Origin: Fonticula alba ATCC 38817
Lineage: Eukaryota > Protista > Nucleariida
Length of the DNA stretch: 19,008 bases
Direction: 5' to 3' (one strand)
NCBI GenBank assembly: GCA_000388065.2
Contig: KB932202.1
Shown: positions 1-7,500 of the stretch, in pieces
Layout: each line of letters begins with the position of its first letter
Numbering within the stretch: position 1 is the stretch's first letter
Made by a program: the position numbers and the translations under genes
Notes under the pieces: generated by a model
Told to the model about the DNA's origin: nothing
Database searches by the model: none
What the model saw: the letters and a program-made list of their open reading frames with translations, nothing else

Positions 1-385
1 GGGGGGGCATGTGCGTGTATCCGCAGGCGCGAGAAGGGCCCGAACAGGGCCGAGGAGGCGGGCGGTGGCCGTGACCGCCGGCACCGACGGACCACGGTGC
101 GGTGCCAGCTGCTCGACCCAAACCTCCTTGACCACCAGCGCACAGGACCGTTTCCCCTCTCGGCGTTCCCACACCCCGGCACCCTTGCCCACGCCCAAGC
201 GAGATCCCTTCAAAGGCACGCGCCCCGAGGGGAGCCCGCCTCCCCCCCCCCAGGATGGCCCTTTCTCCATGGCAGTCCCCCTTCCCCTCCCTAGACCCCC
301 TGTTCCCTCTTTTTCCTGTCCCCGCTTCCTCCTCCCCCCCTTCCCGCGCCTTTCTTTCTCCCGCCCGGCCACCCCGTCCACCGCC

Positions 386-2571
386 ATGGCCTCCACGTAC
401 CGGTCGTACGCGACCATCCCCGACGTCGAGGACCCCTCCATCAACGGCCATCAGCCTTCCGAGCAGGGGTTCTACCAGAATGCCCCGCTCACGACGGCCG
501 AGTCGCGCCCGGGCTCCACCTCCCACGATGATGAGGAGAACACCGGGTACCTGGACGATGCGCAGGCCCTCCTGTCGGATGAGGGCACCTCGGTGGCCGC
601 GCCGGTCCGTTCGGCTTCCTTCTTCTCGTCCTTCATCAACCTGGCCAACACCATCATGGGGTCCGGCATGCTGGGTCTGCCGTATGCCATCTCCAAGAAC
701 GGCCTTGTCCTCGGCCCGATTCTGCTGGTTGTCAGGTGCGCGCCTTCCTGGCCCCCCCTCCGCTCCGCTCCTCCTGCTGCCTCGCTTCTTTTGTGCCCTG
801 CTCTTCTGGCCCCCTGCTCACACTCCCACCGCGCCGGCATGCAGTGCTTTCTTCTCCGCCTTCGGCCTCTACCTCCTGGTCCAGTGCACCGATCGCCTGA
901 AGCAGGTCGGCGAAAAGGACACCCCCTCGTACTACACTTGCACGCGTCACTCGTACCCGAGCCTGGCCGTCCTGGTGGATGCGGTTGTCTTTGTCAAGTG
1001 CATTGGTGTTGTGCGTGCTCCTGCTCTCCTCTGCCGCCTTCCCTGCCCTCTGCCCTCTGCCCTCGATCATGTCGACTCCCTGCCACACCCTTGCCCCATG
1101 GCCCCTGGCCCTTCGCATGTTCATCCCCCCCCCCCCTCCCCGCCCTGCTGACACCCGTCCATCGTGCGCGTGCGCACCCACGCAGGCTGTCTCCTTCCTG
1201 GTCATCATTGGGTCCCTCATGCCCGACATCATTACCTTCTTCTTCCACATCGATCCCACCAGTGGCAGCATCTGGGTTTCCCGGGCCTTCTGGGTGCTCA
1301 TGTGGGGGCTTGTCATCATCCCGACCGCGTTCCTCAAGCAGCTGAACTCCCTGCGGTGCGTCCTCGAAATCCCCTCGGCCGGCGCTTCCATTTGTGTCCC
1401 GCCGCCCGCCGCCGCCGACTGACTCTCCTCCCGGCTCTCCCCGGCAATAGCTTCACCTCTGCCCTTGCCCTGACGGCCATCATCTACCTGGTGGGCCTGG
1501 TGATTGTCTTCTTCATTCGCGAGCCGCATGTCCCCTCCACCGAGCTGGATCTCTTCCGTCTTGACACCTCCTTCTTCCAGGTGATGACCATTTATGTGTT
1601 CGGCTACACCTGCCACCAGAACGTGCGCGCCCGTCTGCGCCCCTCCTCTTGCTTTTTCTTTTCTTTTCTTTTCTTATCTCTCGGCATGTCAAAGCCTCTC
1701 CCCCTCTGGGTCCTCACCTGCCCACACGCTTGTGCACTTGCCCTTCCCCTCCTCCTCCTCCTCGCGCGCGCGTGCATGTACCCACCCTCCCCGGGCCGCC
1801 CTGCCTTGCCTTCCCCTGTGCAGATCTTCTCCATCTACCTCGAGATCACCAACCCCTCCAAGGGCCGCATCAATGGTGTCATTGGCTCCTCCATCGGTAC
1901 CGCCCTCGGCGTGTACACCCTGATCTCCCTGCTGGGATACATCCAGTTCGGATCCGGCATCAAGGACAACATCATGAACAACTGTGCGTCCCGGTGCTTC
2001 TCCCTTCGGGCCACCGACACTGCCTCCATCGCAACCGAGCCATGCCTCCCTTCCTCCCTCCCCTTCCCCTCCTGGTGCGCGAGGGCGCACCCGGCCGCGG
2101 CCTCCAGCTAACCTCCCCTCCCGTGCACGCCACCCAGACCCCACTGATAACACGGCGGTCACGGTTGGCCGCATCTTCCTTGTCATCCTGGTGGCCTTCT
2201 CGTATGCCCTGCAGTCGCACCCGGCCCGCATCTGTGCCGACAACCTGTACCAGTCTTTCATGCGCAGCGCCATGAAGAAGGAGGTCGGCTCCCTTTCTCA
2301 GGCTCGGTTCTACATCATTACCATCTCCATCATCGCGGTCACCTTCACCATCGGTGCTCTGGTGGAGGACCTGTCCAAGGTCCTGTCCTTCGTCGGTGCC
2401 ATTGGCTCCACCACCATGTGCTACATCCTGCCCGGCGTCTTCTTCATCAAGATGCATGGTGGTCTCTTCCCGCTCAACACCATGAAGGTCCTCTCGGTGC
2501 TTGCCATTTGCATTGGCTGCTTCGTCATGCCCACTGCCCTGGTGTTCATCTTCTACACCCCGCCGGTCTGA
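386..2571 (+). CDS. Amino-acid transporter, Aa_trans (PF01490)/AAAP family, AVT5/6/7-like, probably vacuolar or lysosomal. Exons 386-735, 845-1010, 1186-1355, 1451-1622, 1824-1983, 2138-2571; 483 aa
   Basis: ATG in CCGCCATGG context. Five GT-AG introns join the ORF fragments in the correct phase: 1452 nt = 484 codons including TGA. The spliced protein restores family motifs NLANTIMGSGMLGLPYA (TM1), KCIGV|AVSFLVIIGSLMP, LNSLR|FTSALAL, FGYTCHQN|IFSIY and VLSFVGAIGSTTMCYILPG. The N-terminal tail carries a DxxxLL sorting motif (DAQALL, 557-574). Confidence 0.93.
736..844 (+). other. Transporter intron 1 (109 nt, phase 2)
   Basis: Donor GTGCGC, branch-like GCTCAC at 816-821, acceptor TGCAG. Joins the frame of ORF 11..1345 to the frame of ORF 255..1151. 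Confidence 0.88.
1011..1185 (+). other. Transporter intron 2 (175 nt, phase 0)
   Basis: Donor GTGCGT, branch GCTGAC at 1147-1152, acceptor CGCAG. Gives KCIGV|AVSFL. Confidence 0.88.
1356..1450 (+). other. Transporter intron 3 (95 nt, phase 2)
   Basis: Donor GTGCGT, branch CTGAC at 1419-1423, acceptor AATAG. Gives LNSLR|FTSAL. Confidence 0.88.
1623..1823 (+). other. Transporter intron 4 (201 nt, phase 0, in-frame and stop-free)
   Basis: Donor GTGCGC, pyrimidine-rich body, acceptor TGCAG. Removal restores the conserved CHQN|IFSI motif. Confidence 0.85.
1984..2137 (+). other. Transporter intron 5 (154 nt, phase 1)
   Basis: Donor GTGCGT, branch GCTAAC at 2107-2112, acceptor CCCAG. Gives NIMNN-Y-PTDNT. 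Confidence 0.88.
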
Positions 2572-2907
2572 AGGGGGCCTCGGGATGGTGCTCCCTCCCC
2601 CCTCGCCTGCCCTCATACTGCTTCAGGATGGGAGAGGAGACGTCCGTATGTGTAGGGGAGGAATCCCCCCCCCCCCCCCCCCCTCCGAGGCGTCCCAACG
2701 AAGCACATTCCCCTTTCTCTTCCTCCCTTCCTCTCCCCCTCTCTTTCTGTGCCCGCGTGTGCTGTGGCCCTCTCCCTCCCCTCCGCCCTTCCCACTCGCT
2801 GTGTGTGCGGATCCAGCGCGCGAGGGCGGCAGCGGCGGCGGCGGCAGCCGGTTCTCCCCCCGTCGTCGCCTCCCCCCCTCCCTTTTTTCCACCCATCCCT
2901 CCGTCCA

Positions 2908-2927
2908 TTTTTTAATACACTCAAATA
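2908..2927 (+). promoter_or_regulatory. Candidate polyadenylation signal of the transporter gene
   Basis: AT-rich patch TTTTTTAATACAC with the variant hexamer AATACA at 2914-2919, about 340 nt after the stop codon, in otherwise GC-rich DNA. Confidence 0.35.
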
Positions 2928-3280
2928 GTCGCATCTGTGTGTCGCAAGCGCGGGGGTCTCCCGGCGGAATGAAGTGACCCGGCAGCATGACGCATGTTCG
3001 AGCCGGCTTCCGGTCCATTGTTTCTCGCCCGCGGTTGCCGAGGGCTCAAACCCGCAGGTGTGTAGGGCGGACGCCGTGCCGTGTCGTGCGCGCGCATGTG
3101 TGCGCATGCCGTCTTCAGGTAGGGATCTCGCCCGGGGGGTCGAGGAATGGCGACGGGTGAGCACGGGCTAGAACGATCCTCGGTTGAAGAGGGCTCTCTT
3201 TCTGATGGTGCTCTTCTCTCCGGTGCCCCTCTCTGCTGCCTCTTCCTTCCCTGGTGTGTTTAGGGGGGAGGCAGTAATCG

Positions 3281-3281
<1 letters not shown>

Positions 3282-3311
<30 letters not shown>
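3282..3311. repeat. G30 homopolymer
   Basis: 30 consecutive G, seen directly. Confidence 0.9.
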
Positions 3312-3312
<1 letters not shown>

Positions 3313-3352
3313 GCGTGGACAAGCAGCAAAAGGCGGGCCCGGGCAGCAGGGC

Positions 3353-3356
3353 AAAA
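3353..3356 (-). terminator. Pol III terminator (TTTT) for tRNA-iMet
   Basis: AAAA on + strand, about 10 nt downstream of the tRNA 3' end on the - strand. Confidence 0.65.
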
Positions 3357-3365
3357 GGTAAGCCA

Positions 3366-3437
3366 TAGCGACTGGTGGTTTCGATCCACCGACCTTTGGG
3401 TTATGAGCCCAACACGCTTCCCCTGCGCCAAGTCGCT
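3366..3437 (-). tRNA. tRNA-iMet-CAT: Initiator tRNA-Met (anticodon CAT), 72 nt, no intron
   Basis: Reverse complement is AGCGACT TG GCGC AGGGGAA GCGT G TTGGG CTCATAA CCCAA AGGTC GGTGG ATCGAAA CCACC AGTCGCT A. It forms a full cloverleaf with eukaryotic initiator hallmarks: A1:U72, three G:C pairs at 29-31/39-41, and A54/A60 in the T-loop. Confidence 0.97.
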
Positions 3438-3542
3438 TGGGATAGCCCATGCAAGAGGCGTCTCTTGAGGGTGTTTTTCGGCCAGCACGCGTCTCTTGTT
3501 GCCATCAAATCACCATAGTTCCGGGCACCGGGTAGCTGCCTA

Positions 3543-3616
3543 GCCCGCCTAGCTCAGTTGGCCAGAGCATGGGACTTTTAATCCCAGGGTCGTGGGTTCG
3601 AGCCCCACGGTGGGCG
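3543..3616 (+). tRNA. tRNA-Lys-TTT: tRNA-Lys (anticodon TTT), 74 nt, no intron
   Basis: GCCCGCC TA GCTC AGTTGGCCA GAGC A TGGGA CTTTTAA TCCCA GGGTC GTGGG TTCGAGC CCCAC GGTGGGC G: full cloverleaf with A and B boxes. Confidence 0.97.
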
Positions 3617-3625
3617 TACCGTTAC

Positions 3626-3630
3626 TTTTT
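3626..3630 (+). terminator. Pol III terminator (TTTTT) for tRNA-Lys
   Basis: T5 run 10 nt after the tRNA 3' end. Confidence 0.8.
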
Positions 3631-4266
3631 GCACGCCATGCACGCACCTCAACACGCGAACGTGGCTGCCGCGGAGGGCGGCGGCCGGGGGGGGGGGGGC
3701 GCGAGGGACAGTAGAGGACCGCGCGCCCGGCACCGACGAAACAGCCAGCGAAGCCCAAGGCGGAGCCGGGGGCGCACGCAGCGGGAGGCGCGCCAGAGGA
3801 CACCCAGCGCGTGGACTGCTCCCGGTGCCCACTCCCGGGCAGGGGGGGACTGGCCGTTGGGGCTCCCTCCCCGGGCCCCGCCGCCCGGCGGCGATGTGCC
3901 CTCGGGCCTGGTCGGTTGGCTGTTGGCCGGCGGCCTGGGCACAAGGGGGGGGGGGGGCCGACCGGGGGGAGCACTCTGTCCGGGCCCCTGGCGCGAATCT
4001 CCCGGCCAAGATCATCGGCCCGCGCCACCGCACCCGGGCAAGGACCGGCGCCGTGTGCCCTCCGGCAGGATGGGGAACTCACGCCCGGGGCGCGCAGCCC
4101 TCGCCCATTGGCGCTTCATGCGATCGGAAAGGACCATCCCCCCCCCCGGCCGTGGGTGATCGCCCGTCGGCGCCCGTGTCCCAGGGGCCCTTTTTTCTGG
4201 CCAGCCTTCGGACCTCCGGCCGGAATGCCCGCCAGGACAGCCCCCTCCCCACTCACGACTCATACT

Positions 4267-4314
4267 TACACACATACACACACACACACACACACACATA
4301 CACACGCACATGCA
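4267..4314. repeat. Imperfect (CA)n microsatellite upstream of the Rod-like gene
   Basis: TACACACATACACACACACACACACACACACATACACACGCACATGCA, an uninterrupted pyrimidine-purine alternation. Confidence 0.9.
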
Positions 4315-4550
4315 ACTGCCTTTTGCCCGGCCCTCTTGACCCTCCCCGACCCTCTGCCCCCGGCCGGTTCTTCTTCGTGGCGTCCGTCTCGCATTTTCAT
4401 TCCGGGCTGCGCCTGCCTCTTTCGCACGGCGGTCCTTCGTTGCTCGGAGGTGGCCGGTGCGCTCTTGCCGGCACTTCCCTTGGCCTGTCGACCGGTGCAC
4501 GTGCATCTCTTCGCCCGGGGGTGAGGGGGGGGGGGAGCGACCTTTGACAG

Positions 4551-7500
4551 ATGGAGCCTGCTGCGGCTGCAGCGGCGGCTGCCGTGCCCGGCCCACCGAG
4601 CTCTCCGCCGCGCAAGCGCTCTCCTCCTCCCGATGACATTGGAATGATGGTCGCCCAGACCGCGGGCGACCTGCCGCGTGGAAAACGCGCACGCGCCTCC
4701 GCCCCGATGTCCACCGGCGATCTGGGTGCCGGGCCGGGTGCCGTCACTCCGGCTGGGACTGCCTTTCTGGCCCCCGCGGTCGCCGGGATCCTGGATTTGC
4801 AGGTGGCCGGCCGAGTTGCCGGCCCGACGCGCCACTCCCTGGTGCCGGTCTTCGATGCGATCTTGCGCCACCTCTGTCCGCCGGGCGACCTGCCCGATGA
4901 TGACACCTTCGATGTGGTGCACATTGCGCGCCATCCGGCGGTCGCGGCTGATGTGCTGCTGCTCGCCGGGTCGCGGGTGGTTTTCTTGCCGGACGATGCG
5001 GCCGGCCAGACTGGCCCTCCTTTGGCGAGGGTGGCCCTCCATGCGCCGGTGCACTTTGTCCCGGGCCCAGGCGGGCACCCGCGGGCCGTGTGCTGCCTGT
5101 CGCCGGACTCCAATACGCTGTTCGTGGCCGACGTGGAGGGTGGTCTGCATGCGATCGATCTGTCCGAGCGCAGGCTCCTCAGCAGCCGGCCCCCCCGGGA
5201 AGCGGGGCCCATCGCCTCATTGCACTTTCTGTGCGTTGCTCCGGGCCTTGAAGCGGCTCCCTGTGCACAATGTGCCGAAGGTGGGGCCTCCCCCCCCCCC
5301 CAGGCCCTTGTCCTAACTCCCTCCCCCCTTCTCTGTATCTCCCTCTCTCGTTGTCCATATCCCAAGCTCCCCGACCGCCTTGCTGGCGCTGATCAGCAGC
5401 CCGGAGGCTGTCCAGGCGTGCTTCCTGCTGATGCCCGATACAGCGAGCCCGCTGGCATCTGCTCTTGAGCACGCCTCGGAGGCTCGATTTACACTCCTCC
5501 ATGTGCCGGCCACGCTCCCACTGGCCGCCGCCATCCTTCCCCTGGGCATGCATGAAGATGGCGCGCGGCTTGTCCTGAACCAGCACCCCACGGCCCCGGG
5601 GCTGCTGACCTGGTGGACGCTCCCCTCGGCCGGGGAAATGGCCGCCACGCTGGCCGCCACGCCGGCTCCGATGTCCCTCCTCCGGCCTCGCTTGGTGGCC
5701 GAGCAATTTGCCGACCCCTCCGCTCCCGGCGAGTGGCCCCCGGGCACGGGGCCTCCCCCAGCCGGGCCGCTGAGCCCCTACCAGGCGGTCCCGGTCGGGG
5801 AGGCCGCCCAGCCCACTGCCCTGCACCGGGCTCCGACAGGCTGGCTGGCGGTCAGCTCCTGTGGCTTATTTGTGGCCGCCGCCATTGCCCCCTCCCGGGC
5901 GGCCGACACCACGTACATGGGCTTCTGGTGCACCATCACCGGGACCATGCTGTCGGGCTGGGGGGCCCTCGGCCTCGGTGACTGGTCGCTGTTGCCCGGC
6001 GGCTTCCTGCTCGGGATCTCCCGAGGTGGCGGCCAGGCAACCGGCATGGTGCTGGACCGGCTCCCGCCGGCTGGCGGGGCCGTGGGCTCTGTGTGGCGCA
6101 TGCGCTTGGCCCAGGGGCCCGGGGTGGAGCCCCGCCTGGGGGGCTTTCTGTGCCCCGGTGGCCGTGCCCTGCCCGGCATCCTGCCCGGGCTCTGGCCGGA
6201 CATGGGGCCCTTGGCCGGTGACCCTGGCGGTGTCTTTGATCCCGGGGCCCCGTGCGGGGATTTCCACCTCTTTCCCTATGCACTGGCATGCTGTCGGGGG
6301 TGCGGGCGCTCCGCACCCGCGGCCAGCCCGCGCCCGGGCATGTCCCTCCCGCCGCCCCTGCCGCGCATCCGCCTCATACAGGCCGGGCCTGCTGGCCTGC
6401 CGGGCGCTGACATGGTCCCGGTACGCGCTTTGCAACTGTGCTCCGTGGCCGAGTCCTCCCCCGAGCAGGAGTATGAGCGTCATCTGGCCGCGGGGAACTT
6501 CCTCGAGGCCCTTGACCTGGCCGACCGGTATCGCTTGAGCCGCAGTCGCGTGGTGGTGGCCCGCTTCCGGGCCACGACAGCCGCCCTGGCCGCCGGCTGC
6601 CCGGGCGATCCCGACTCCCGGGGTTCCCTGGCCCAGACGGCCGGCCTGCTGGAGGACTTGGCCGCGCTGGCCTCGGCTGAGCGTGTTGCCCGGCTGGCTC
6701 TGGCGGTTCCGCTGGCATCCTCCACCCTGGTGCGTGCGGTGCTTTGCTATGCCCGGGATCGGGTCGAGGGCCAGCTGGCGGCCGAGCTGCCGGCCGACAT
6801 CCAAGCTGATGATCGCCGCCCCGGGCACCTGGGGCCGAGTCCCTTCTCTCGGGATCCCGGGCCGCGCAGCTTCGACTGGCTCCTCGGCCGGCCATGTGGC
6901 TGTGGTCATCCCGCCGGCCGGACCCGACCGGCCAAGCCCGGGGGCCTTGTTCGTGGGCTCCTGCAAGGCGGTGCCACATGGCTCGGCCTTCAGGCGGCCA
7001 CGAAGACCGGCGACGCCTGCCCCTCATGCGGCCAGCAGCCCGGGCCCGAAGCCGCGGGTCTTCGCCAGGTGCTGGCCGCCATCTCTGCCCAGCCCCCGAC
7101 CGCGAGCGACGATGAGGGTCAGGATGATGGCGATCACGACGCGGAAATCCCTTCGGGCGCTGCCGATGGCCCGATGCGCGGGCAGTCGCCCGCCGACGAA
7201 CATGCCAATGGCCATGAGGACCCCCCTCAAGGCGGCTGCCTGGCCAGCGGCGCGAGTGTCTTCCGATTGCCCCGGCGTCAGCCCTCAGCCGAGGTGCTCT
7301 TGGCCCATCTGGATGCGGCGCTCTTCCGATTGGGTTCCTTCGAACTGTGTCGGCATGCCCTGGCCGCATGTGCCTCCGGAGATGGAGGGGCTTCACTGGC
7401 CGAGCTCCAGGCCGCCTTGCATCCCAGGGGCTCGGCCGATGCCCAAGCTTGGGCATGGTTCCGTGGCCGGTCGGTGACGCAAATCCTGGATCACCTCCTC

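Noticed and set aside
269-385. In-frame upstream ATG giving a 39-aa Pro/Arg/Phe-rich N-terminal extension to the transporter
   Set aside because: Reads like translation of a pyrimidine-rich 5' UTR. ATG 386 has an ideal context, and there is no TSS evidence for the extension.
3141-3205. GAGGA...TGAGC...CTGA fragments reminiscent of U3 snoRNA boxes, plus small hairpins at 2978-3006 and 3187-3200
   Set aside because: No box A/A' or box C, and no terminal stem flanking C'/D. Short stems are expected at this GC content.
3735-3742. GACGAAAC resembling a hammerhead ribozyme core
   Set aside because: No upstream CUGANGA and no compatible stems.
4262-4269. ATACTTAC identical to the first 8 nt of U1 snRNA
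   Set aside because: Followed by a (CA)n microsatellite rather than CUG and the U1 stem-loops or Sm site.
6478-6765. Alternative identity as NBAS/Sec39
   Set aside because: The start of the solenoid is shared by both paralogues, but downstream motifs (LWxRH, WFxxDVxP, LLxxW, RAL, LWxxH) follow the KNTC1/Rod order, including Rod_C.
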